Numbered from the stretch's first letter, positions 31,682-41,394 are shown. The stretch: 64,000 nucleotides of DNA from an uncultured Spirochaetota bacterium (GCA_963783575.1 CAWAOD010000005.1:576001-640000); one strand, 5' to 3'. Numbers and translations: made by a program. Notes: a model not told the origin generated them from the letters alone.

Positions 31682-32617
31682 ATGAAAAATATTATTATTC
31701 CATCTATTATAATAATTGTCATGAGTTTTGCCGGATGCGGCGTTAAACCTGAAGAATACGCCTTGGCAACCAATGATATCCGGATTCTGGAAGGCAAAAA
31801 TCAGAATCTTGAATCCGATTACAGCAATAAAATTATGGAATTTGATAATTTAAGCAATGCTTATGCTTTTCTGTCAAATAATCCGCCGTATATAACTGAT
31901 ATAATTATCTCCAATACTATCCAGACTGATTTTGCGACCAATGTGGAAATCTCAAATATTTATTTCACCAATATAGAAGTGTTGACCAACACTGCTATTG
32001 AAACCAATAACGACGAACTTAATAAAACAATTGCCGGATTAATGGTTGAAAATTCATCAATATCAAATGAACTGGAACTCCTAAAGATCAAATATAGCAA
32101 TGATACCAAAACATTAGAAGAAAAATCGGACCGTACTGAAAAAATTTATCAGGATCTTAAAGCTTCCTTCAAAAGGGATATTGATGCAGGAAACTTGAAA
32201 ATAAGTAAAATTTATAATCTGATCTGTTTTTCAATTCAGGAAGAGGTGTTCTTTGATTCAGGTAAGGCTGCCGTTAAATCGAATGGCCGTGTATTCCTGA
32301 AAAAACTGGGTAAAATTTTATATAAAATGAATGATAAATTCTTTTTTGTCGAAGGACATACGGATAATGTTCCGATCGGCGACGCGGCTTTTACATCAAA
32401 CTGGGATCTTGGTGCGGCTAGGGCAATCAGCGTTGTCCAATATCTTCAGGAAATTACCGGCATTCCTGGTAGCCGGCTTGCTGTCGTGAGTTATTCAAAA
32501 TACAGGCCGTTAGCATCTAATATCACTGAATCCGGAAAAGCTAAAAACCGACGTATTCAGATAAGTATCGTTGATAAAACGGAATATGACATGACAAGGA
32601 TGGACCATTCAGAGTAA
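31682..32617 (+). CDS. Lipoprotein with [ST]N-rich linker and OmpA/MotB-like domain
   Basis: Lipobox FAGC; FFDSG, VEGHTDNVPI, NWDLGAARA, NRRIQI. Confidence 0.87.
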   Translation: MKNIIIPSIIIIVMSFAGCGVKPEEYALATNDIRILEGKNQNLESDYSNKIMEFDNLSNAYAFLSNNPPYITDIIISNTIQTDFATNVEISNIYFTNIEVLTNTAIETNNDELNKTIAGLMVENSSISNELELLKIKYSNDTKTLEEKSDRTEKIYQDLKASFKRDIDAGNLKISKIYNLICFSIQEEVFFDSGKAAVKSNGRVFLKKLGKILYKMNDKFFFVEGHTDNVPIGDAAFTSNWDLGAARAISVVQYLQEITGIPGSRLAVVSYSKYRPLASNITESGKAKNRRIQISIVDKTEYDMTRMDHSE

Positions 32618-33060
32618 TTATCCATTTGCCGGAAGATAATGGTATGATCCTTATAATTGCGCTTCCGCCGGGAACAAATAACTGGTCATCCAATGGGAAT
32701 TGACATCGAAAAACCGGCTGCCAGGATATCGAATGCGTGGTATAATAACTTCAATTCCAGGAATGAGTCTTCATTATTTATATTTATATTGCTGATATCG
32801 AAATTGTCAATATTATTTGCTCTATTATGCTTCGTTTATCACAATTTTTGTTGTTGATACAAGATCATTCCCATTCTTTAATGAGATCATCTGACTTTTA
32901 CCGGCTTCTACGCAGGTATTTTCAATTCTACGGTACTGTCCGATTTACCGGTAAAGTCCCGTTCAAATATACATCCGTTCCACTATCCATAGTTTCGAGA
33001 AACCCTCCATTTGAAAATATTATAGATTTATTTTTGAAATTAACCAAATATTTTATTTGC
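32618..33060 (-). pseudogene. Degraded PEGA-like domain gene remnant
   Basis: Minus strand reads ETMDSGTDVYLNG, then after a frameshift FTGKSDSTVELKIP, followed by stop codons. Confidence 0.35.
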
Positions 33061-33179
33061 TTTTGATAAAAATTTATTCCCATTCATTTGCAAAGAGACT
33101 AGATTTCTAACCAATTATTTATAATTTCTTAATAATAAAATTTTATAATTACGGAAATTATTTGGGGTAATATGGAATA

Positions 33180-33464
33180 ATGGACTATAGAAAGTATAAA
33201 AGAGAAGAATTTAATATCTCAGTTAGTGTGATTATTAACAATAAAAAAATTGATAGCACATCTGTGAATATATCTGCAGGTGGCGCTCTTTTAAGGATAG
33301 AAAATAAGGATGCACAGATAATAACCGGGGATGATGTCGGAAAACAGGCCGAATTTGATTTTAATAGTTTATCCACAAGCGGCAAGATTTCAGGTAAAAT
33401 TATAAGGTTATATGAAAATTTGAATGAAATATTAATTGCAGTAATATTTTTGAGAATTTATTAA
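33180..33464 (+). CDS. Stand-alone PilZ domain protein
   Basis: RxxxR (RKYKR) and (D/N)xSxxG (NISAGG). Confidence 0.82.
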   Translation: MDYRKYKREEFNISVSVIINNKKIDSTSVNISAGGALLRIENKDAQIITGDDVGKQAEFDFNSLSTSGKISGKIIRLYENLNEILIAVIFLRIY

Positions 33465-33581
33465 AAGTGATTAACGATAAGAGCTCTCAATTTGTTGAAA
33501 TAATTTCTGTTTTTTTTAAGATGTCTGAAGTGATTTCTTTCCTGTTTTTTCATATTAAGTTATTATTTCGGAGAATTTCTA

Positions 33582-33911
33582 ATGGAAATAAATGCCCGGA
33601 AAAAAGATGCCATGCTCATCTTTGATTTGATAGGAGAACTGGACCTATATTGTTCTGAAGATGTAAAAGAGATGATAAGAAAACATATTGATGCCGGCGA
33701 GATTCATATTCTTTTAAATCTGAAAGACCTCACTTATCTGGATAGTTCTGGATTGGGGGCATTGATATGGAACCTTCAATATGTAAGAAAGAAAAATGGT
33801 TTTATCCGTCTGTGCAATCTCAATGGAAGCCCTAAGCATATACTGGAACTTTCAAATGCGATCAGGCTTTTTTCCGTATTTAATAATGAGGAAGAAGCAA
33901 TGATTATATGA
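33582..33911 (+). CDS. STAS-domain anti-sigma factor antagonist (RsbV/SpoIIAA-like)
   Basis: GELD, YLDSSGLG phospho-serine motif. Confidence 0.9.
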   Translation: MEINARKKDAMLIFDLIGELDLYCSEDVKEMIRKHIDAGEIHILLNLKDLTYLDSSGLGALIWNLQYVRKKNGFIRLCNLNGSPKHILELSNAIRLFSVFNNEEEAMII

Positions 33912-33942
33912 TTAATTTATTTGTAACCGGAAGGGGAATAAA

Positions 33943-34476
33943 ATGTATATTATTAAAAAACTTGTAGTCGATGAGTTTAATGATATTTTTCAGACTGATG
34001 AGATGGAATACATTGTATTCAACTCTAATTATAATAAAATCAGGGAATATACAAATTTGATTATAGACAAAGCTCCTGTTAAATTTAAGGAAGGAAATCT
34101 CCTTTCACAACAATTCTCTGAAATAATTAAAAACGCGATGAAGCATGGAAATCTGCTGGATGAGAATAAAAAAGTCCATGTCTGGTATTCATTCCACAAA
34201 AAAGCAAAGTTTATTGTTGAGGATGAAGGGGAGGGCTTTAGTAACCTTGATGAATGGAATAAATATTATTATCAAAGGCAAACAGCCTTATATGAAGAAA
34301 AATTTGAACATTTCCTGGAGCTGGCTTCTTACCATGGACCTAAAAGCGATTCTAATGACGGCGGTAACTCTTTAATTGCGGCTCTCGAATATTGGAACGG
34401 CGGAATGATTTATAATAAAAAAAAGAATAAGGTTGGCGTTGTACGCTGGTACAGCGGTGGTTCAGCATTAAATTAA
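33943..34476 (+). CDS. RsbW-like HATPase (anti-sigma/serine kinase-like)
   Basis: N-box EIIKNAMKHGN, G1 box VEDEGEGF; divergent G2 (DGGNSL). Confidence 0.72.
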   Translation: MYIIKKLVVDEFNDIFQTDEMEYIVFNSNYNKIREYTNLIIDKAPVKFKEGNLLSQQFSEIIKNAMKHGNLLDENKKVHVWYSFHKKAKFIVEDEGEGFSNLDEWNKYYYQRQTALYEEKFEHFLELASYHGPKSDSNDGGNSLIAALEYWNGGMIYNKKKNKVGVVRWYSGGSALN

Positions 34477-34490
34477 GAAAGGAGTTAAAA

Positions 34491-35822
34491 ATGGCTATAG
34501 TAAAACATCCGGCATATTTGTCAAAATATTTGCATACCGAAAAGAATATAAATGAAAACACTGCAAAACTGCCTGAGGCCTTAAAAGAATCTTTGATATT
34601 TCAAGTTGCGCCTGTTAAAGAGAGGGGAGAGATGATTTCAAAACTTATAACAAGTACTTCCTGTGTTTATGAGAATGCTTTTGTTAATGAAGTTGCCGAC
34701 GCAATTAGTCATGATGAAGAGATTTTTGCTGTGGCAGTTGTTGACAGTACACTTCATCCTAAGGGAATCATACTCCGGAAAGATCTTTTTGATATTCTGG
34801 GGAAACCCTACTGCAGGGATGCTTACCATCGTAAACATATCAATAAACTCATGAAAAAGGCTGAGATTTTTCAGGATAATAACAGTATTTTTACTGTTAT
34901 CGATCATGTAAGCTCAGAACTTCAAAAACCTTCAAATACCTTTTATCTTGTTGTTGATTCGACAGGAAAGATACAGGGAATAGTTTCAACCCGCAGAATC
35001 CTTGGTTATCTTTCAGATATAACACAGAGGGATATTCATCTTGCCAAGAAAGTTCAGACAAGTATCGTTAAGGAACAGACCCACATCAATCGGGATTGTT
35101 TTGAATTATTAGCTGTTTCACGTATGGCAAAAGAAGTTGGGGGTGATTTTTATTACATACGGGAATATAAACCCGGCAGATGGATTATAGCAATATGCGA
35201 TGTCAGCGGCAAGGGAATCTCTGCTTCTCTTATTACAACAGCCCTGAGTGGCATATTCAGCACTTTTGATTTTAACCGAGGTATTAAATCTTTTGTTAAT
35301 AATGTCAACCAATTTTTCATTGAGACATTTTATATGGAAAAATATGCCACGGCTGTGATAATGGAATTATATGAAGAAACCGGAGAACTTCTGCTGTGTG
35401 ATATGGGGCATAAACAGGTCTTTATTGAAAGAAATGGACAGATTATTAGACTTCATACGAATGATATCAATTTGCCCATAGGAATTATTCCGGAACAGGA
35501 TGTGGTGTTCAACCGCCTTCATCTAAAAAAAGATGAGACGATTATGCTTATGACTGACGGCCTTTGCGAACAGAGAAACACTTCGGGAAAAGAATATCAG
35601 ATAAACCGATTTGCAAATATAACTAAAAAAGAAAGCAAAAACGGTCTATCAGCCATCAGGGACATGATCCTGTATGACTTAAATCATTTCAAGGGAGATC
35701 GATCACAGGGGGATGATATTACTTTATTGATGATTCGTTATAAAGGTATTATAAAAGCCGATGAAATAATTCCTTCATTCAGAATATATCATGAACATGC
35801 AATTGAAAATGCGATTATTTAA
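34491..35822 (+). CDS. CBS-domain + PP2C (SpoIIE/RsbU-type) phosphatase
   Basis: CBS-like N-terminus; VGGDFY, CDVSGKG, MTDGLCE, DDITLL. Confidence 0.87.
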   Translation: MAIVKHPAYLSKYLHTEKNINENTAKLPEALKESLIFQVAPVKERGEMISKLITSTSCVYENAFVNEVADAISHDEEIFAVAVVDSTLHPKGIILRKDLFDILGKPYCRDAYHRKHINKLMKKAEIFQDNNSIFTVIDHVSSELQKPSNTFYLVVDSTGKIQGIVSTRRILGYLSDITQRDIHLAKKVQTSIVKEQTHINRDCFELLAVSRMAKEVGGDFYYIREYKPGRWIIAICDVSGKGISASLITTALSGIFSTFDFNRGIKSFVNNVNQFFIETFYMEKYATAVIMELYEETGELLLCDMGHKQVFIERNGQIIRLHTNDINLPIGIIPEQDVVFNRLHLKKDETIMLMTDGLCEQRNTSGKEYQINRFANITKKESKNGLSAIRDMILYDLNHFKGDRSQGDDITLLMIRYKGIIKADEIIPSFRIYHEHAIENAII

Positions 35823-35953
35823 ATTGAAATTTAGTCTTTGATTAATAAAAATTTGCATTTGTCTGATAGTTTTCTTATAATTTATTAATGTTAACTGGCT
35901 GTGCAGTTTGACCGGCTCATAAAAATTATTTTAAAAAACTACCGGGGCATATT

Positions 35954-37282
35954 ATTATTAATATTAATAACAATAAAATCTTTGTTTTGGATACGAATGT
36001 TGTTCTTTACGACTACCGCGCCATTTATTCTTTTCAGGAACATAATGTTATCATACCGATTACTTTGCTTGAAGAAATTGATAATTTTAAAAGAGGTAAT
36101 GAGATCATAAACTTTAATGCCAGGGAATTTTCAAGGGAACTGGACTGTTTAATGGGAAACAGGCTCTTAAACGAGGGGATTATTCTTGATGACGGAGGAG
36201 TCATCATCGTAATGACAAACACTCAGGTTGATCCATATTTAAAAGAAATATTCTGGGAAGATAAGCCCGACCATCGCATCCTTTCCGTGGCTTTTAAACT
36301 GGCAAATGAGTATGGCAGGGAAAGGGTTATTCTTGTTTCAAAAGACATTAATCTAAGGATGAAGGCAAAAAGTGTGGGAATCTTCGCCGAAGATTATGAA
36401 ACTGGAAAAATTAAAAATATTGATGACCTTTATACAGGTAAAAATTTAATTGAAAATGTTGAAAGCGCAAAAATTGACATAATCTATAGGCAGGGTTCGA
36501 TTAACCTGGAAGATTCGAATATAAATATCAATCCCTATCCAAATGAATACTTTATACTCAGGAATGGAAATAAAAGCGTCCTGACCTGCTTTCAAAAAGA
36601 CAGAAATGTATTAAAACTTGTCGAGAAAAAGAAGGCGTTCGGAATACAGCCGCGCAACGCCGAGCAGGTTTTTTCCCTGGATGCTTTAACTAATCATAAT
36701 ATCAGCCTAGTCACTCTGTCCGGAAAGGCCGGAACCGGTAAAACATTGATGGCTCTCGCCGCAGCGCTGGAAAAAAACAGGGACTATGCCCAGATTTTGC
36801 TTGCAAGGCCGATTATCCCACTGTCAAACAGGGACATCGGGTATCTTCCCGGCGATATAATAAGCAAGATAGACCCATATATGCAGCCGCTTTATGACAA
36901 TCTTTCGGTAATAAGGCATCAGTATGATGAAAGCTCTCCCGAATCAAAAAAAATAACCGATATGCTCGGCTCTGAAAAACTTTTAATTATGGCGCTTGCC
37001 TTTATAAGGGGAAGAAGCCTGTCAAAGGTTTATTTTATTATAGACGAAGCGCAAAACCTAACTCCCCATGAGGTAAAAACAATCATCACAAGGGCCGGGG
37101 AGGGGACAAAAGTTGTCTTTACAGGCGACCCTTATCAAATCGATACGCCGTATCTTGATTCCAGAAGCAACGGATTGACATATCTTATTGACAAAATGAA
37201 GGGACAGGATGTTTACGCGCATATAACCCTGGAAAAAGGCGAGCGTTCATACCTGGCCGAATTGGCTTCCGATCTTCTTTAA
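35954..37282 (+). CDS. PIN-PhoH (PhoH2/YlaK-like) protein; start uncertain (ATT at 35954/35957 or TTG at 35987)
   Basis: KIFVLDTNV PIN start, DHRIL, VSKDINLR; GKAGTGKT, IGYLPG, IRGRS, DEAQN, TGDPYQID. Confidence 0.9.
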   Translation: MININNNKIFVLDTNVVLYDYRAIYSFQEHNVIIPITLLEEIDNFKRGNEIINFNAREFSRELDCLMGNRLLNEGIILDDGGVIIVMTNTQVDPYLKEIFWEDKPDHRILSVAFKLANEYGRERVILVSKDINLRMKAKSVGIFAEDYETGKIKNIDDLYTGKNLIENVESAKIDIIYRQGSINLEDSNININPYPNEYFILRNGNKSVLTCFQKDRNVLKLVEKKKAFGIQPRNAEQVFSLDALTNHNISLVTLSGKAGTGKTLMALAAALEKNRDYAQILLARPIIPLSNRDIGYLPGDIISKIDPYMQPLYDNLSVIRHQYDESSPESKKITDMLGSEKLLIMALAFIRGRSLSKVYFIIDEAQNLTPHEVKTIITRAGEGTKVVFTGDPYQIDTPYLDSRSNGLTYLIDKMKGQDVYAHITLEKGERSYLAELASDLL

Positions 37283-37377
37283 GAGAATTCTGTTAAAAAA
37301 ATCAAAATTAATTGAAAATTAACTTAAAATTCAGTGTTTTTTAATCATTTAGCGTCATACTTAAAATGGAGGATTAT

Positions 37378-39033
37378 ATGATGTTAAAAAAGAGATATCT
37401 TTATACACTTTTGGTATTATTTTTTGCAGTTTCTACCGGTATTTTGTTCGCGGATTTTGATGGAAAACAAATAAATGCGGATTTAAATGCGACCGAAAAG
37501 CCAGATCATATTCTATTAACCTGGTCCGGCAACCCGATGACAACCCAGACAATTTCATGGCGCAGCAGTATTAGGGTAGAAAACGGCCTGATAAAATTCA
37601 GAGAAGCCGATAATTCAAACGCAGTTTATAAAACAATCGGCGCTTCTGTTAAAAAGTTTACTGCAGTTTACGGTGACAGCACCGGAAGTTTTAATCTCTT
37701 TTCAGTAACATTGACAGGCCTAAAACCCGGTACACAATATGAGTATATAGCCGTTTCCGGAAATATTGAAAGCCCTTTATTGCATTTTACAACAGAGCCT
37801 GAAAATACTGATTCTTTTAAATTTCTTATATTTGGGGATAGTCAGAGCGGCGAAGCGGATAATCCGAATTATGCCCCATGGCATGAGACAATTACAAAAG
37901 CATATGCAAGAAATCCGGACGCCAGGTTTTTAATTAATATGGGGGATCTTGTTGAAGTCGGGCAGGATTATATCCACTGGAATAACTGGTTTGATGCTGC
38001 GAAAGATGTTATAGAAAATATTCCCGAAATGACTGTTGAGGGAAACCATGAAACCTATTTGGTCTCTCCGGCTAATGACTCATCAAAACCTATCTATTTT
38101 ACCGAGCAGTTTCCTGTTTTCCAGGATGGCCCCGATGGGCTGAAAGGCCAGGTTTATTCCTATGACTATGAAAATGCTCATATTATCGTTCTCGACAGCC
38201 AGGAAGATGAAGAATCCCCTAAATACGGCGACATTCTTAGTAACCAGGCTGAATGGCTCGATAATGACCTGTCTTCTGCAAAGGCCGACTGGAAACTGGT
38301 ATTTTTCCATAAAACTCCTTATTATAATAAAGGCGCAAGGGCGAATGAAGTGGTAAAAGCAATATTTTGCCCTGTAATTGAAAAATACCATGTTGATATT
38401 GTGTTCAATGGGCATGATCATACACTTTCAAGGACATTTCCTATAAAAAATAATAAGTTTTATTCCAGCCCTAAAGACGGAACGGTTTATTATGTTACTG
38501 GAAGAAGCGGTGCGAAGTATTACAGTGATCTGACGCAAAAGATCTGGGATGCATATTTCTATGACCCGCAGGATCAACCCTGTTATGAGTTTGTTTCCGT
38601 ACAAAAAAACGTATTAACGATTAAAGCTTTTAAACAGGATGGAACATTGATCGATTCTTATACAATTGATAAACAGAATGACTCTAACAGTTCCCTAACA
38701 CCCGCGCCTTTCCGGTTTAATATAGTCCGGGCGGCGGTTTACGGGAATTTTCTTATCGGGCAGTCCATTAACAGCCCATCCATTACTAAAAATACAAACG
38801 GTGAATGGTATATTGATGTTTCTCCTTTTATGAACTATATTGGCGGTTCTATAGCGGTCAGTAATAATAAGGAATACTTAATACTCAAGGATAAAACGCT
38901 GGAAGTACCTGCGGATAAAGTACAGGTCAATAGTAAGAAAATAACCCTTGTTTCTGCAGGGGCGTTAAAATCTCTTCTTGGTTTTAACTTCAGTTATAAT
39001 GAATTCCTTAATGTTATTGAATTTGTTAAATAA
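37378..39033 (+). CDS. Secreted purple acid phosphatase-like metallophosphoesterase (FN3-like + calcineurin-like)
   Basis: Signal peptide; LTGLKPGTQYEY; GDSQ, GDLVE, GNHE, FFHKTPY, GHDH; GGAGG RBS. Confidence 0.88.
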   Translation: MMLKKRYLYTLLVLFFAVSTGILFADFDGKQINADLNATEKPDHILLTWSGNPMTTQTISWRSSIRVENGLIKFREADNSNAVYKTIGASVKKFTAVYGDSTGSFNLFSVTLTGLKPGTQYEYIAVSGNIESPLLHFTTEPENTDSFKFLIFGDSQSGEADNPNYAPWHETITKAYARNPDARFLINMGDLVEVGQDYIHWNNWFDAAKDVIENIPEMTVEGNHETYLVSPANDSSKPIYFTEQFPVFQDGPDGLKGQVYSYDYENAHIIVLDSQEDEESPKYGDILSNQAEWLDNDLSSAKADWKLVFFHKTPYYNKGARANEVVKAIFCPVIEKYHVDIVFNGHDHTLSRTFPIKNNKFYSSPKDGTVYYVTGRSGAKYYSDLTQKIWDAYFYDPQDQPCYEFVSVQKNVLTIKAFKQDGTLIDSYTIDKQNDSNSSLTPAPFRFNIVRAAVYGNFLIGQSINSPSITKNTNGEWYIDVSPFMNYIGGSIAVSNNKEYLILKDKTLEVPADKVQVNSKKITLVSAGALKSLLGFNFSYNEFLNVIEFVK

Positions 39034-39074
39034 AATTGAGAATATTTTTATATAAACGAAAGCCTCTTGACTAA

Positions 39075-39128
39075 AAGGATTAATAAATCCAAGGATTAAT
39101 AAATCCAAGGATTAATAATCCAAGGATT
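39075..39128. repeat. Tandem repeat of a palindromic 16-bp unit (about 3.4 copies)
   Basis: AAGGATTAATAAATCC x2, then AAGGATTAATAATCC, then AAGGATT. Confidence 0.9.
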
Positions 39129-40033
39129 TATAAATTAAATTCCAGGATAACTTTTGTTCCGTTGTCACGTTCAATGCAAACAGATCCATCGATCTGTATC
39201 ATCAACATTTTTACAAGTGAAAGTCCAAAACCGCTTGATTTTTCAAATTCTATGGATTCTGGAATACTGATTCCGTTATCTTGAACAGAAAATACTGCAG
39301 TTTTACCGTTTAATGCAGCAGAAACTATTATTATTCCCACATTTCCAATCGTAAACGCATATTTCATAGCATTTGTAATAAGCTCATTAATGATTATACC
39401 GATCGGATACATTTTTCCAATATCAAGAACAAAATCATCTATCTTTTTAACAACTTCTATATGATCTTTATTTGGGAAAATAGAGAAAATCTCATCAATC
39501 AGAGGTATTAGATAATCTTTGACTGATAAATTACTAATATCCTTTGACCTGTACAGCCTGTCATAGAGATGAGTCATAGTCTGAATTCGTCCTGCGGCAT
39601 CATTTATCACTCCTGCCGTAAAAGGATCATTTATGTTTCTGGCTTGCAATCTTAAAAGAGAGTAAACAGTGTTCAAATTGTTCTTGACACGATGATGAAC
39701 CTCTTTAATTAATATTTCCTTTTCCTGAAGAAGAATTTTTATATTTTTGTTTGCGCTGATGAGCATGATATTTTCATCAATTATCATGTTAATGTAATAT
39801 TCACGGCGTTTCATTATAATAAATGTTATTACAACTGAAAGAAAAGAGGTAACACAAATAGTCATAATATGAGATTGCCACTTTGTAAAATAAGAAAACT
39901 GATACTCCTTAAGTAATTCATAGAAGAACATAACTGTCGCTGTTAAAAGAGCAGATAATGCAGGAATACGGAAATTATCGGCAAAGGCTGCTTTTCTGAC
40001 TTTGATCATAGAAATTCTTTTAACTTTAATCAT
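39128..40033 (-). CDS. Membrane sensor histidine kinase, HisKA_2 type
   Basis: 2 TM segments; EVHHRVKNNL H-box, NELITNAMKYAF, VQDNG, GFGLSLV. Confidence 0.9.
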   Translation of the reverse strand: MIKVKRISMIKVRKAAFADNFRIPALSALLTATVMFFYELLKEYQFSYFTKWQSHIMTICVTSFLSVVITFIIMKRREYYINMIIDENIMLISANKNIKILLQEKEILIKEVHHRVKNNLNTVYSLLRLQARNINDPFTAGVINDAAGRIQTMTHLYDRLYRSKDISNLSVKDYLIPLIDEIFSIFPNKDHIEVVKKIDDFVLDIGKMYPIGIIINELITNAMKYAFTIGNVGIIIVSAALNGKTAVFSVQDNGISIPESIEFEKSSGFGLSLVKMLMIQIDGSVCIERDNGTKVILEFNL

Positions 40034-40303
40034 ATCATACTCTTAATATCCTGGTAAATTATAAATCTATTTTTACAAACCGCCTTAAAATGATGATAAG
40101 TATACCAATTAAATAAATCTTTATCAACTTAAACAATAGTTTTCATCTAATAATAAAATGATCTTCCAATAGTTAAGCGCACTGTATCAAATTAATAATA
40201 AAAGATGACTTGAGTTTGGAAATCCAGCACAAACGATTAATGAACAAAATTCAGGTTGTTTAATTTCTGTATTTTGTTGATAAGGATAGATGGAATATGT
40301 AGT

Positions 40304-41191
40304 TTAATTTGTAGATACAACTACAGAATAATTTGAAATAACTGTAATTCCGGCGCCGATAGCGACTTCAGTACCAAGCTCAACAGTACATACATAATCA
40401 GAGGGATTCAGTACTCCCTTATTAGTAAGATACGACAGAAAAGGCGTGATATCGAAAGCTGCCGCGTTAAAAATCTGAGTACCGGACCCCGCGCTGAATG
40501 CGGCGTAAATCCAATAGTGGGGCGATCCCCCCTGGTTTGTAGCATAATAATAATTAAAGTTGTAACCGTTGGCGCTCAGTGAACCGGTAGGACTAATCCC
40601 GTCGGGGATAGCGTTAGCACTTGCGAGCCATATCATGACTTCACATTTGATATCCGTAGATGTGAATGCCGCCGGGTTGCTGTTATTGGATATTATCCAG
40701 ATGTCGTATGCAAGGTCGTAAGTGTTTCCTCCGAAAGCCTGTGAAGTTGTCTGGCTGATATTAAATGAGGAAGTCAACTGATGGCCGGCAATTATGAAGG
40801 GAAAGTCCATCGGGTGGTTTGTTAAGGGTGCCCAGGGACTATCTCCGCAGAAAACTTCAGGATATGCGAGTACTGTATACTGATTGTTATTATTCCAGGA
40901 CCACTGCCAGCCGAAGAAACCGGTTCCGTTGGTGCTGCCGTAAAAGATGGTTTCACTGAATGGCGTCTTGGCGTACTGAACATTCCATTCGTTATTATTT
41001 ACCTGATATCGGCTGTTAATGATTATTTGATCGTTATTATTGGTTTTGAAAGCGGTAACTCCGGCTGGCAGGCCTCCGGAAGTCGAATTGGTTCCTCCAC
41101 CTCCTGAACCTGGTTGAACCGTGGAACAGGCGTATAAAATAAAAAAGGATATTATTATAATATACAATAAAAGAGGGTGTATTCTTTTCAT
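40304..41191 (-). CDS. GH12-like endoglucanase lipoprotein
   Basis: Lipobox LYAC; YPEV, DLAYDIW, CEVMIW (nucleophile), ELGTEV (acid/base). Confidence 0.82.
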   Translation of the reverse strand: MKRIHPLLLYIIIISFFILYACSTVQPGSGGGGTNSTSGGLPAGVTAFKTNNNDQIIINSRYQVNNNEWNVQYAKTPFSETIFYGSTNGTGFFGWQWSWNNNNQYTVLAYPEVFCGDSPWAPLTNHPMDFPFIIAGHQLTSSFNISQTTSQAFGGNTYDLAYDIWIISNNSNPAAFTSTDIKCEVMIWLASANAIPDGISPTGSLSANGYNFNYYYATNQGGSPHYWIYAAFSAGSGTQIFNAAAFDITPFLSYLTNKGVLNPSDYVCTVELGTEVAIGAGITVISNYSVVVSTN

Positions 41192-41321
41192 ATTCAGGCT
41201 CCTTCCGGATTTGTTCAGGGTTTGAGGATGTTCGAACCAGAAAAATTATACAGAAGAATTCATAATAATTCAATAAACATATTTAAAATTTTATGCATTT
41301 TTTAATATGCAATTCGGTATC

Positions 41322-41351
41322 TTGACTTTATGACGGGTATGGTTATATAAT
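41322..41351 (+). promoter_or_regulatory. Putative sigma70 promoter of the amr operon
   Basis: TTGACT-N18-TATAAT. Confidence 0.55.
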
Positions 41352-41394
41352 AAAAAAAGATCCTCAAGGAGTCATTAATGACAGAGGAAATGGT

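Noticed and set aside
29040..32617. Flagellar stator motB genes
   Set aside because: Lipoprotein signals replace the Asp-containing TM helix, and there is no motA.
39075..39128. Possible mini-CRISPR array
   Set aside because: Units are 16 bp and directly adjacent, with no spacers and no cas genes.
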